Assembly: GCA_038063015.1 (NCBI GenBank)
Contig: JBBTVX010000001.1
Coordinates: 69,202 to 133,201, forward strand
From: Patescibacteria group bacterium
GTDB lineage: Bacteria > Patescibacteriota > Minisyncoccia > Minisyncoccales > Staskawiczbacteraceae
Direction of reading: 5' to 3'
DNA length: 64,000 nt
Below, piece after piece: positions 36,868-46,512 of the stretch. A program made the position numbers and the translations under genes. The notes beneath the pieces were generated by a model, which saw only the letters and a program-made list of their open reading frames with translations, was not told the origin of the DNA and searched no databases. The first letter of the stretch is position 1. Each line of letters opens with the position of its first letter.

Positions 36868-37594
36868 TTTTTAAAAAATTAGAAAATTTTAAAACATCTC
36901 CCGGGTTTCCAAAATCAATCCAGCAATCTTTAATTTTTTTAATTTTAACTTTTTTGTTTTTTGCCAAATATGAAATTGCGTCCGTAATTTCATATTCTCC
37001 GCGCGGAGATTTTTTAATTTGCGATATATTTTTAAAAATATCCGGAGTAAATTTGTATAAACCGGCGTTAATCAAATTCCCTACGTATTCTTTTGGCTTT
37101 TCAATAATTTTTTCCAAAAAATCGTCTCCGTCTTCAATTAAAACTCCGTATTTTTCAGGGTGATTATGCAAAAGCCCGGCCGCATAATTATAATTATCAT
37201 CAATATTCATTTTTTTTAAATCCCTTATTGAATAAAGGTTATCGCCGTAAAGATAGAGAAAATTTGATTTTCCAACAAGGTTTTTGACGCATTTTATCGG
37301 GCAGGCTGTGCCATATTCTTTTTCTTTGGGGCCTAAAATTTCATATTGGCTTACAAGACTTATTTTGCACTTTTTATTTTTAAGGCAAGAGCTGTAATCA
37401 TTCAAAAATTCTTTCATTAACTCTTCTTTATACCCTACAACTAAAATAATTTCTTTGTATCCCGCTTTTAAAAGATTGTCTAAAACATAAGCCAAAAAAG
37501 GCCGCTCGCGGACATTAATAAGGTGTTTTGGCTTATTATTGGATAAATGAAGCATGCGGGTGCCCTGACCCGCAGCAGCTACGACAGCTTTCAT
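36830..37594 (-). CDS. Sugar-phosphate nucleotidyltransferase
   Basis: N-terminal MKAVVAAAGQGTRM (G-x-G-T-R) signature. Confidence 0.75.
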   Translation of the reverse strand: MKAVVAAAGQGTRMLHLSNNKPKHLINVRERPFLAYVLDNLLKAGYKEIILVVGYKEELMKEFLNDYSSCLKNKKCKISLVSQYEILGPKEKEYGTACPIKCVKNLVGKSNFLYLYGDNLYSIRDLKKMNIDDNYNYAAGLLHNHPEKYGVLIEDGDDFLEKIIEKPKEYVGNLINAGLYKFTPDIFKNISQIKKSPRGEYEITDAISYLAKNKKVKIKKIKDCWIDFGNPGDVLKFSNFLKNGGYKVGAKSSK

Positions 37595-38160
37595 ATTTTT
37601 TTCGCAAGATTAAAGGCTTTCTTGTTTAGTTCTAAATATTTTAATGGAATTATTTTTTCCAGCGCTTTTTCAACTGACTCTGGTTTTAGGGGAAGAATTC
37701 CTTTAAAAACGCAGTGCCCTAAAAGATATATTGAGCTTACAACTTCGTTATTTAGTTCTTTTTTACAAATCTCCGAGGCCGGAACCAAATGAAGGTTTTT
37801 TTTAACTAAATTGTTTAAATTTTTTGCAACATAGTCTTTGGAAACTTCTTTGTCAAAAAAAATAAAATTATCGTTAACGGCAAAAATTGTTTTTGGATTT
37901 TTATAAACAATAGCCCTTAATCCTTCTGTCATTTCCAAAGATAAAACCAAATCTGCTTTCCCGAAAGAAAACAGGGGAGAGTAAACCTTTTTTCCAAATC
38001 TGATAAATGCCTCCACGCCTCCGCCCCTTTGCGAAAGCCCGTGAAGCTCCGAGGATTTTATATCATATCCATCAATAAAAATAGCTTCGTTTATTATGGA
38101 AATTAAAGTAATTATTCCCTGCCCGCCGGTTCCGGCTATAACAATGTTGAATGGTTTCAT
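37591..38160 (-). CDS. iorB: Indolepyruvate:ferredoxin oxidoreductase beta subunit
   Basis: IAGTGGQGIIT motif, about 190 aa, directly downstream of iorA. Confidence 0.75.
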   Translation of the reverse strand: MKPFNIVIAGTGGQGIITLISIINEAIFIDGYDIKSSELHGLSQRGGGVEAFIRFGKKVYSPLFSFGKADLVLSLEMTEGLRAIVYKNPKTIFAVNDNFIFFDKEVSKDYVAKNLNNLVKKNLHLVPASEICKKELNNEVVSSIYLLGHCVFKGILPLKPESVEKALEKIIPLKYLELNKKAFNLAKKI

Positions 38161-38173
38161 TTAATTAAATAAT

Positions 38174-39817
38174 TTAATGTTGTTTTGATTTTTGCCTTTT
38201 TTCCAAAAGAGCGCATATTCTTTTGCAAATTATTACTGAAACTTCATCTTTTGCTAAAAATTCCTTAACCGTATCCTCTAATTCTTTGGCATTTATCGGG
38301 TCAAATAGTTTTATATGCTTTACCCCGCAGGACTTAACTATTTCTTCTATTTTTAATTCTTCTGCAAGCTCCCCCATAGCATTTTGGCCCATTCCCGGAT
38401 TTTGCTGGTGTCCGGTCATAGCGGTAATTCTGTTATCTAAAATAATTATTAATGGACTTGATTTATTATAAACAGCGTTAATAAGCCCCGGGATGCCGGC
38501 ATGGAAAAATGTTCCGTCTCCTATTATAGAAATAACTTTTTGCTTAGTGCTCTTGCTTACTCCGTGAGATATGCCCATAGAGGCTCCCATAGAAAAAAGA
38601 TAATCTTGTATGTTATGGGGCGAAAGGCCGGCTATCATATTGCATCCTATGTCTCCGCCAAAAATTGTTCCTTCCGGCGCGATTCTTTTTATTACAGGGA
38701 AAACATACCAATAAGGACAGCCCTCACATAATCTGGCTGTCCGGCGCGGAATTTTTACCGGACTTTCTGTTTTTAAATAATTTTTAAATTTTAAATTTTT
38801 AATTTTAGCAATAGCAACGGCAACTTTTTCGGGATTTAACTCTCCTATTTCCGGCAAAACATTTTTTCCAAAAATCTGAACCTTTAGGTTCGCTTCTTTT
38901 GCAATGGCCTTTATTTCTTTTTCCAAATAAGGATCGGTTTCCTCCGCAATCAAAATCTGTTTCAATCCTTTTATAAAACTTACAATTTTTTTCTTTGGCA
39001 ATGGATAAAAAAATCCCAGCTTTAAAACCGGCGCCTTCAATCCAAACTCCTCAACGGCTTCAATCGCGTGCAAATAAGGAACCCCGGAAGCTATTATTCC
39101 AAACTTTTGAGACGCTGAATTTTTTATTACTTTATTTATTTTTGATTTTTCGGCAAAATCAGCTATTTTTTCTGTTTTTTCCAAAAGTTCTTTTTTCATA
39201 GTAAGAACCCTTGGAGGCATTGTGCAAAACTGATGCGGATTTTTAATAAATTCTCCCAATTTTTTGTTTTTGGGTTTTATTTCCTGATCCATATTAACTG
39301 GCATTCGCTGATGGTTGGTCCTGGTTGTGGTTCTTAAAATTACAGGCGTTTTAAATTTTTCTGAAATCTCAAATCCTAATTTTGTAAAATCGTAACACTC
39401 TTGCGGGTCAGCGGGTTCCAATATTGGTATGCGGGACAAATAAGCATAACCCCTTGAATCCTGCTCTGTTTGCGCCGAGCTATGGCAAGAGGGGTCGTCA
39501 GCCACAACAATAACCATAGGTGCCTTTGTTCCTGTGTAAGCAAGGGGAAACAAGCTGTCAGAACAAACATTTATGCCAAAACTTTTCATATTTACCAAAG
39601 ATTTTAATCCGGAAAAGCTGGCCCCTATGGCTGATTCTAAGGCCACTTTTTCGTTGGCAGACCATTCAGAATATACGCCAAATTGTTTAGCAATTTTTCC
39701 AAATTCATCCCCTATTTCAGCTGAAGGACAGCCCGGATACCCGGAAACAAAATCAACACCCGATTCTATCGCGCCTCTGACTATTGCCTCGTTTCCAAAT
39801 AATATTTCTTTTTTCAT
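38174..39817 (-). CDS. iorA: Indolepyruvate:ferredoxin oxidoreductase alpha subunit (TPP-binding)
   Basis: ATG chosen at 39817 (MKKEILFGNEAIVRGAIESGVDFVSGYPGCPSAEI). TPP motif GDGTFFHAG. Confidence 0.8.
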   Translation of the reverse strand: MKKEILFGNEAIVRGAIESGVDFVSGYPGCPSAEIGDEFGKIAKQFGVYSEWSANEKVALESAIGASFSGLKSLVNMKSFGINVCSDSLFPLAYTGTKAPMVIVVADDPSCHSSAQTEQDSRGYAYLSRIPILEPADPQECYDFTKLGFEISEKFKTPVILRTTTRTNHQRMPVNMDQEIKPKNKKLGEFIKNPHQFCTMPPRVLTMKKELLEKTEKIADFAEKSKINKVIKNSASQKFGIIASGVPYLHAIEAVEEFGLKAPVLKLGFFYPLPKKKIVSFIKGLKQILIAEETDPYLEKEIKAIAKEANLKVQIFGKNVLPEIGELNPEKVAVAIAKIKNLKFKNYLKTESPVKIPRRTARLCEGCPYWYVFPVIKRIAPEGTIFGGDIGCNMIAGLSPHNIQDYLFSMGASMGISHGVSKSTKQKVISIIGDGTFFHAGIPGLINAVYNKSSPLIIILDNRITAMTGHQQNPGMGQNAMGELAEELKIEEIVKSCGVKHIKLFDPINAKELEDTVKEFLAKDEVSVIICKRICALLEKRQKSKQH

Positions 39818-39892
39818 AATAATAATTCTACGGTTTCGCAAATTTAATTTAATTCTATCATATCATAAAAATTCTTTGTCAAAAACAAAACA

Positions 39893-42352
39893 TTAAATTT
39901 TTGATGAAAAGTCTGTTATCACAAAATTTATCAGCCGGCCCGGCACGAATATAACTTTTTTGATTTTTTTATTGTTCAGCCATTGCTTTATTTTTTCTCC
40001 TTTTAAAGCGATTTTCTCTGCTTCTTTTTGGGTTGCGTTAGCCATAACTTCTATTTTGTCGCGAACCTTTCCGTTAATTTGAATTATAAGCATTATTTTT
40101 TCTTCCTCAATTAGTTTTGCATTATATTTTGGCCACTTTTGACTGCAGCACATTCCTTTAAACCCCAGATCAGACCATAGCTCTTCAGCTAAGTGGGGAG
40201 CAAAGGGCGACAATATTTTTAAAAAATCTTCCAAATCGTCTCTTTCCAATTCCCTGCCTTGCACATTGCACGCATTTATAAATTCCATCATAGAACTGAC
40301 AGCAGTATTAAATTTCATTGCCCCGATATCTTCTGTAACCTTTTTAATTGTTTTGTGCAGAGCTTTTTTTAACGCTTTATTGTTGCCAGACTTGTTAGAA
40401 TCTGCAACGTTTGATAGCCTATAAATTTTTTCAATAAATCTTCTTGAACCCACAACTCCTTTTGTGTCCCAGGGAATCATCTGGTCAAAGGGGCCCATAA
40501 ACATTTCATAAATCCTTAAAGTGTCTGCCCCGTATTCTTTTACAACATTGTCCGGATTTATTACGTTTCCCTTTGATTTTGACATTTTAATCCCGCCTTC
40601 GCCCAAGACCATTCCGTGAGAAGTTCTTTTTTTATATGGCTCGGGCCCAATTGACTTTGGTACAGCTCCGATATCCCATAAAAATTTAAAAATAAATCTT
40701 GAGTAAAGCAAATGCAAAGTGGTATGCTCCATTCCTCCGTTATACCAATCAACCGGAAGCCAATATTTTAATGTTTTGTCAGCGGCCAATTTTTTATTAT
40801 TTTTTGGGCCGCAATATCTTAAAAAATACCAATTAGAACCTGCCCAATTAGGCATTGTGTCTGTTTCTCTTCTTGCAGGACCTTTGCATTTTGGACATTT
40901 TGTATTAACCCAATTTTTTATTTCAATTAAAGGAGATCCTCCTGTTTTTGTGGGTTTGTAATTTTTAACTTTCGGCAATTCCACCGGCAAATCTTTTTCA
41001 GGAACAGGTTGCCAACCGCAGTTTTCACAAAAAATTAACGGAATCGGCTCGCCCCAATAATGCTGCCTTGAAAAAACCCAGTCTCGCAGTTTATAGCTTG
41101 TTTTAACAGAGGCCATTCCCTTTTCTCCCAGCCAGGAGATAATTTTAGGCCTTGCTTCGGCCGAGCTTAGTCCGTTAAACTGCATTGAATTATAAAGCGC
41201 GCCCTCGCCTTCATAGCATATTTCCAAAGTCTTAACTTGGGACGCAATATTTTTGTCAGCTGGCTCTATTGAAGTTCTAAGAGGTATGCCATATTTTTTA
41301 GCGAGTTCAAAATCCCTTTTATCATGAGCGTCTGCGAAAACAGCTCCGGTTCCATAATTTTCCAAAACAAAATCTGCAATCCAAACAGGCATTTCCTCTC
41401 CTGTGGCAGGATTTCTTACCGTAATTCCTTTTAACTCAACCCCGGTAACTGATTTCTTTTCGTTTGTTCTTTCTATATCAGAAGCGATTTTTGCCGAGGC
41501 TCTGTACTGCAAAACTTCTTCTAAATCTTGAATTTTATCTTTATGCTTATCTATAAATTTATGTTCTGGAGCCAATATTAAAAATGTCCCGGAAAATATG
41601 GTATCTATTCTTGTGGTGAAAACTTCTAAAAAATCCTCGTCGCCCTCAACAGAAAACTTAACCAAAGCCCCCTCTGATTTTCCAATCCATTCTTTTTGCT
41701 GAATTTTTATTTTTTCCAAATAGTCAACTAAATCTAAATCTTCAATCAATCTTTCCGCATATTCTGTGATTTTTATAAGCCATTGTTCTTTTTCTTTTTT
41801 TTCAACTTTTTCCCCGCATCTTTCGCATTTCCCAAAAACCACTTCTTCATTAGCTAAGCCGGTTTTACAAGAAGGACACCAATTAATATCTATTTTAGAT
41901 TTATAGGCTAACCCTTTTTTAAACAACTGCAAAAATATCCATTGAGTCCATTTGTAGTAAGCCGGGTCGGTTGTATTTATTTCCCTTAGCCAGTCAAAAG
42001 ATATTCCTATATTTTTAATTTGCCTTCTAAAATTATCTGTATTTTTTTGGGTGGCCGTAGCCGGGTGAATTCCTTTTTTAATTGCATAGTTTTCAGTGGG
42101 CAAGCCAAAAGCATCCCATCCGATCGGGAATAAAACATTATAGCCCTCCATTCTTTTTTTTCTGGCCAAAATATCTAAGGCGATATACGGCCTACAGTGG
42201 CCAACGTGAAGCCCGTCTCCCGAAGGATAGGGAAACTCCACCAAAAGGTAAAACTTCTTTTTCTTTGAGCCGTTTTTCGCTTGAAAAACAGCGGAATTAT
42301 ACCACTTATCCTGCCACTTCCTTTCAATTTTCTGCGGATTATATTTTTTCAT
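39893..42352 (-). CDS. leuS: Leucyl-tRNA synthetase
   Basis: HVGH (HIGH) and KMSKSKGN (KMSKS) motifs. 819 aa. Confidence 0.95.
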   Translation of the reverse strand: MKKYNPQKIERKWQDKWYNSAVFQAKNGSKKKKFYLLVEFPYPSGDGLHVGHCRPYIALDILARKKRMEGYNVLFPIGWDAFGLPTENYAIKKGIHPATATQKNTDNFRRQIKNIGISFDWLREINTTDPAYYKWTQWIFLQLFKKGLAYKSKIDINWCPSCKTGLANEEVVFGKCERCGEKVEKKEKEQWLIKITEYAERLIEDLDLVDYLEKIKIQQKEWIGKSEGALVKFSVEGDEDFLEVFTTRIDTIFSGTFLILAPEHKFIDKHKDKIQDLEEVLQYRASAKIASDIERTNEKKSVTGVELKGITVRNPATGEEMPVWIADFVLENYGTGAVFADAHDKRDFELAKKYGIPLRTSIEPADKNIASQVKTLEICYEGEGALYNSMQFNGLSSAEARPKIISWLGEKGMASVKTSYKLRDWVFSRQHYWGEPIPLIFCENCGWQPVPEKDLPVELPKVKNYKPTKTGGSPLIEIKNWVNTKCPKCKGPARRETDTMPNWAGSNWYFLRYCGPKNNKKLAADKTLKYWLPVDWYNGGMEHTTLHLLYSRFIFKFLWDIGAVPKSIGPEPYKKRTSHGMVLGEGGIKMSKSKGNVINPDNVVKEYGADTLRIYEMFMGPFDQMIPWDTKGVVGSRRFIEKIYRLSNVADSNKSGNNKALKKALHKTIKKVTEDIGAMKFNTAVSSMMEFINACNVQGRELERDDLEDFLKILSPFAPHLAEELWSDLGFKGMCCSQKWPKYNAKLIEEEKIMLIIQINGKVRDKIEVMANATQKEAEKIALKGEKIKQWLNNKKIKKVIFVPGRLINFVITDFSSKI

Positions 42353-42486
42353 ACCCCTGCTTTAAGTTACAAAATTATTAACATATATTAGCATACTTTT
42401 CTAACAAAAAAAAGATGGTGCGCTACAACAAAAAAGCGGGTATTGGAAAAATCCTCACCGCCATAATTTCAATATAATGATTTGCT

Positions 42487-42987
42487 CTAAGAGAAAAGAG
42501 CAAATGCCTTAACTACAGCTTCTTTTTCGTCTGGAAACATTGCGACTGTTTTCCGATCAGGAATCCCTTCAGTCTTATTAAATGATGTGACATCAACAAT
42601 GTCGTCAACTTTATGTTTTTGCAAAAAACGGAGAGTGCCGCTTCCAGGTTCAAGCCTAATTGCTATAAGGAAAGTGTGGTCAATCTTAATTGCAAAAATA
42701 ACAATTTCTTTGTTTTTCTTTTGAAGTCGCAGGACTTCAAAGGGGCTGCTGGTAAGAAAAATCCGGGCAAACTTTTCGCCTAACTCCTCTTCTACTTCCC
42801 GATGAATAGCAAGGTAAAACCTTTCGCCTCCCTCCAGTTTTCCGTGAGCCGTAACCTGGCAAGCACCAGGCCATGATTCTGGCTGCATTTTTTCAAAATT
42901 GAAATAACCCCGTTCTCTTAATACTGCACAAATGCCCATTCCCGGGATCTCGGTTAAAACAATCAAACCAACGCTTCTCTCTGACAT
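42487..42987 (-). CDS. NUDIX hydrolase, higher G+C
   Basis: The Nudix box reads HGKLEGGERFYLAIHREVEEELG. It has its own TTGACA-17-AATATA promoter and a GGAGGTG RBS upstream. Confidence 0.75.
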   Translation of the reverse strand: MSERSVGLIVLTEIPGMGICAVLRERGYFNFEKMQPESWPGACQVTAHGKLEGGERFYLAIHREVEEELGEKFARIFLTSSPFEVLRLQKKNKEIVIFAIKIDHTFLIAIRLEPGSGTLRFLQKHKVDDIVDVTSFNKTEGIPDRKTVAMFPDEKEAVVKAFALFS

Positions 42988-43079
42988 TCTGCACCTCCAA
43001 ATAGCTAAAGTTAGAATTTCAAAAAACTACTTGTATATTAAACTAATTTTATAAATTGTCAAACAACCAACCACTGAAT

Positions 43080-43898
43080 TCAAATTTTGAAAAGTTTTTT
43101 GGCGTTTTGGGTGGTTTTGTCAGCAACCTCATCAAAATTTATTCTTTTTATTTCGACAATTTTTTGGATAACGTGTTTTATAAAAATCGGTTCGTTTCTT
43201 TTGCCGTTTTCCTGCGGAGGAGTTAAATACGGACAGTCGGTTTCAGTTAAAATTCTCTCAAGCGGACACTCTTTTATAACTTCGTCTAAGTTTAATTTAA
43301 AGACAATTCCATTAATTCCAATATAAAATCCCAAATTCAAATATTGGCGCATTTGTTCAGCGGTTCCGGTAAAGCAGTGTATTATTCCTTTTATTTTTGA
43401 TTTTAATTTTAAAATTTGTAAAACATCTTCGTGCGCCATTCTGCAATGAATAATAACTGGTAAATCTAATTCTTCTGCTAATTCTAATTGTTTTATAAAA
43501 ATTTGCTTTTGAAGCTCTTTAAATTTTTCCAATTTTACTGTTCCTTTCGGGCGATAATAATAATCCAGTCCGATTTCGCCTATAGCCACTACTTTTTTAA
43601 ATTTTGAAAGCTCTAAATATTTTTCCTTATTAAATTCTTCGCCGAGCGGCTGAAACGCACCCTCTTCGCTATCTGTTTTTAACTTCATCAAATCTGTTTT
43701 TATATGTATCGGATGCATCCCAATAGCGGCATATATATTTTCGTTTTTTTCTGCCAGTTCAACTGCTTTTTTACTGGTTTCATATTTTGTTCCGACATCA
43801 ATGCAAACAACGCCCTCTTCTTGAGTTCGTTTTATAACTTCTTCTCTGTCGTTATCGTATGCTTTAAAATTTAAATGCGAATGCGTGTCTATAATCAT
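43080..43898 (-). CDS. tatD: TatD-family metal-dependent hydrolase/DNase
   Basis: IIDTHSHLN..., GEIGLDYY and HCF motifs. Confidence 0.9.
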   Translation of the reverse strand: MIIDTHSHLNFKAYDNDREEVIKRTQEEGVVCIDVGTKYETSKKAVELAEKNENIYAAIGMHPIHIKTDLMKLKTDSEEGAFQPLGEEFNKEKYLELSKFKKVVAIGEIGLDYYYRPKGTVKLEKFKELQKQIFIKQLELAEELDLPVIIHCRMAHEDVLQILKLKSKIKGIIHCFTGTAEQMRQYLNLGFYIGINGIVFKLNLDEVIKECPLERILTETDCPYLTPPQENGKRNEPIFIKHVIQKIVEIKRINFDEVADKTTQNAKKLFKI

Positions 43899-43911
43899 GT
43901 TTCTATAATAT

Positions 43912-43946
43912 CAAAGAAAAAGACGGATAACCAGCGGTTATCCGTC
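43912..43946 (-). terminator. Intrinsic terminator of csrA
   Basis: GACGGATAACC-GCT-GGTTATCCGTC followed by TTTTTCTTT on the minus strand. Confidence 0.75.
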
Positions 43947-43979
43947 ATGCGCTTTCGCGCCTATTGCGGCGATGGTGCG

Positions 43980-44252
43980 TTAGGTGGGATTAGGAAGCGC
44001 GGGACCGTCTTCCTCTGCCGCTTCCGCGAGCAACGCGTCCGGTTTTGTCTTTTTTGTCTCCGGTCGCGGAGCCGTCTTAATGGCTTCTTCGCTCCTCCGG
44101 ATCGCCTCGTACACCTCAAATCGGTGTACAGAAACTTCCTTTGGGGCTTCCACCCCTAGTCTCACCCTGTCCCCACAGATTTCCACAACGACAATCGTAA
44201 TGTTGTCGTTGACAATAATACTCTCACCTCTTTTGCGGGATAGCACCAACAT
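43980..44252 (-). CDS. csrA: CsrA/RsmA RNA-binding translational regulator with a ~35-aa charged/Pro-rich C-terminal extension
   Basis: MLVLSRKRGESIIVNDNITIVVVEICGDRVRLGVEAPKEVSVHRFEVYE. The RBS context AGAAGGAGTAG contains GGA. Confidence 0.9.
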   Translation of the reverse strand: MLVLSRKRGESIIVNDNITIVVVEICGDRVRLGVEAPKEVSVHRFEVYEAIRRSEEAIKTAPRPETKKTKPDALLAEAAEEDGPALPNPT

Positions 44253-44382
44253 GTTCTACTCCTTCTTTCTTTCTTCAGCGGGGGGTCTCGCTCTCTCAAG
44301 TCGTCGTGACCTGATAAAAAAAGCGCTAATCATATTGTAGCAACAAATATAAAAGAAGTCAAGCCGAACCACAAAAATAATT

Positions 44383-44529
44383 TTACTCATCGGGCTTCTC
44401 TGATTCCAAATAAGACCGACCGTGTTTTTTGAGAAATTTTGTCCGAGATGTTAAATTGTGATAAATAAAAATTACAGAAACAATAAAAATTATTGTTTTT
44501 CCTGTTATTAAAAACAAATCTGCAAGCAT
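44383..44529 (-). CDS. Possible 48-aa membrane peptide upstream of csrA
   Basis: It is below the track length cut-off. GAGGAG lies 6 nt upstream of the ATG. Translation: MLADLFLITGKTIIFIVSVIFIYHNL..., which is hydrophobic. Confidence 0.3.
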   Translation of the reverse strand: MLADLFLITGKTIIFIVSVIFIYHNLTSRTKFLKKHGRSYLESEKPDE

Positions 44530-44581
44530 CGCATACTCCTCTGGTTGTATTGTTATTTCAAGGTTCTAAAAATAATTATTT

Positions 44582-46012
44582 TTATTTTACAATTTTAGGA
44601 AACAATATTTCTGATTTTTTTTCTTTAACCGCTTTTTTAATCTTTTCTGCAGTTTGAGGTAAAAATGGCCAAAGCAAATCACTTATTTCGTTTAACGCAT
44701 AGAATAAATCCTTTATTGTTTCTGTATTTTTTGTCTCCCATAATTTTTCGTCATTTATATATTTATCGCAATAACTTATCAACTCCCACACAACTGCTAA
44801 TGCCTCATTGAACCTAAACTTTTCTAATGCCAATGCGCAATTATTCTTTGTTTCCTTTATTTTTTTACTCATCTTTTTTGTTGGTTCTAATTTGTTTATT
44901 TTTATATTTCCTGCTATGCCTAGCACCCTTGCTACAAGATTACCTATTCCGCCAGCTAAATCAGAATTATACTTTACTTCAAACTTTTCATAAGTAAAAT
45001 CGCCATCCTCTGTCGGAGAAATTTCTCTTAACAAATAATACCTAACCGCATCTTGGCCATATTTTTTGACTAATTCAAATGGATTAATTACATTGCCTAA
45101 AGATTTGGACATCTTTTGTCCAGCCACATTGATAAACCCATGTATGAAAATTAACTTTGGCAATTTTAATTTAGCCGAAAGAAGCATTGCTGGCCAATAT
45201 ATCGCGTGGAATTTTACGATGTCTTTACCTATACAATGAACATCTGCCGGCCAATATTTCTTAAATTTTCCGCTATTTTCAGCATATCCAAGGACTGAAA
45301 TATAATTTGAAAGAGCGTCTGGCCAAACATATATTATTTGGTTTTCATCATTGGGCGTAGAAAATCCCCAATATTTTTCTTTCTCTCTGGAAAAACTAAC
45401 ATCTTCTATTCCTTGCTCAATCATGCTTAAAATTTCATTTTTTTTAGATTCTGGAATAATTTTTATTTCGCCTTTATTGATTACCTTTTTTATTTCTGGT
45501 AAATATTTTGACAGCTTAAAAAAATAATTTTCTTCTTCTATTAATTCCGGCGCTTTTAAATGAACAGAACACTTGCTATTAACTAAATCCTTTTGAGTTA
45601 TAAACGCTTCGCAACCAATGCAATATAGGCCTTTGTATTTTTTTTTATAAATATCCCCATTTTTTTCTAATTTTTCCCAAATCTTTTTTACCGAAGGCCA
45701 ATGCCTAATTTTATCAGTAGTTCTTATAAAATCATCGTTTGATAAGTTGAGGGTTTGCTTTAATTCTCTAAACTTTTTTGATATTTCATCGACAAATTCT
45801 TCCGGATTTTTATTTAATTTTTTAGCCATTCTTAACGTTTTCAAGCCATGTTCGTCTGTGCCAGTTAAGAAAAAAACATCCTCTCCTAGGGAACGGCGAT
45901 ACCTGGCTAAAACATCTGCTTGAATTAACTCAAAAGCATAACCAATGTGCGGAGGCGCATTTGTGTAAGAAATACTAGTGGTAATATAAAACTTTTTCTT
46001 TTTTCTAAACAT
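44582..46012 (-). CDS. metG: Methionyl-tRNA synthetase (short form)
   Basis: The ATG at 46012 (MFRKKKKFYITTSISYTNAPPHIGY) is preferred over the track's GTG at 46045. KMSKSLGN motif. Confidence 0.9.
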   Translation of the reverse strand: MFRKKKKFYITTSISYTNAPPHIGYAFELIQADVLARYRRSLGEDVFFLTGTDEHGLKTLRMAKKLNKNPEEFVDEISKKFRELKQTLNLSNDDFIRTTDKIRHWPSVKKIWEKLEKNGDIYKKKYKGLYCIGCEAFITQKDLVNSKCSVHLKAPELIEEENYFFKLSKYLPEIKKVINKGEIKIIPESKKNEILSMIEQGIEDVSFSREKEKYWGFSTPNDENQIIYVWPDALSNYISVLGYAENSGKFKKYWPADVHCIGKDIVKFHAIYWPAMLLSAKLKLPKLIFIHGFINVAGQKMSKSLGNVINPFELVKKYGQDAVRYYLLREISPTEDGDFTYEKFEVKYNSDLAGGIGNLVARVLGIAGNIKINKLEPTKKMSKKIKETKNNCALALEKFRFNEALAVVWELISYCDKYINDEKLWETKNTETIKDLFYALNEISDLLWPFLPQTAEKIKKAVKEKKSEILFPKIVK

Positions 46013-46062
46013 AAGATATAATATATTATTACATGATTCTAACACTTTTTTAGAAAATTTCC

Positions 46063-46512
46063 ATGATTTTAACGCCTCATCTGCTTTTAGGAGCCGCTAT
46101 CGCTTCAAAAATAGAATACGCCCCACTGGCGATTCTTCTGGCTTTTTTAAGCCATTATTTTTTAGATTTAATTCCTCATATTGAATATCCTATTGATAAT
46201 ATTGAAAAAAGGCAATGGCAGAAAGCATTGCCTGATATTTCAAGGGTGTTTTGGGATTTTTCTTTTGGCATATTATTAATTTTAATATTTTCAAATAATC
46301 AACCAATAATTTTTGTTTGCGCATTCTTCGCTATATTGCCTGACGGCTTTAACTTTTTGGATTATTTCTTTTCAAATAAAATTTTAAAAAAATACAACAA
46401 TATCCACCATAAAAAAATCCATTTTCTAAAGCATAAAAAAATCTCCGTTTTTTGGAGAATTTTAAGTCAACTTTTGACGGTTTTTATCTCTATCCTTTTG
46501 TTAAAGTATTAA
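46063..46512 (+). CDS. Membrane protein, YdjM/DUF457-like metal-dependent hydrolase
   Basis: The pattern HLLLG...SHYFLDLIPH is embedded in TM helices. Confidence 0.4.
   Translation: MILTPHLLLGAAIASKIEYAPLAILLAFLSHYFLDLIPHIEYPIDNIEKRQWQKALPDISRVFWDFSFGILLILIFSNNQPIIFVCAFFAILPDGFNFLDYFFSNKILKKYNNIHHKKIHFLKHKKISVFWRILSQLLTVFISILLLKY

Noticed and set aside
43984-44340. Plus-strand ORFs 43875..44159 and 43984..44340
   Set aside because: They are antisense to csrA, whose translation is an unmistakable CsrA core.
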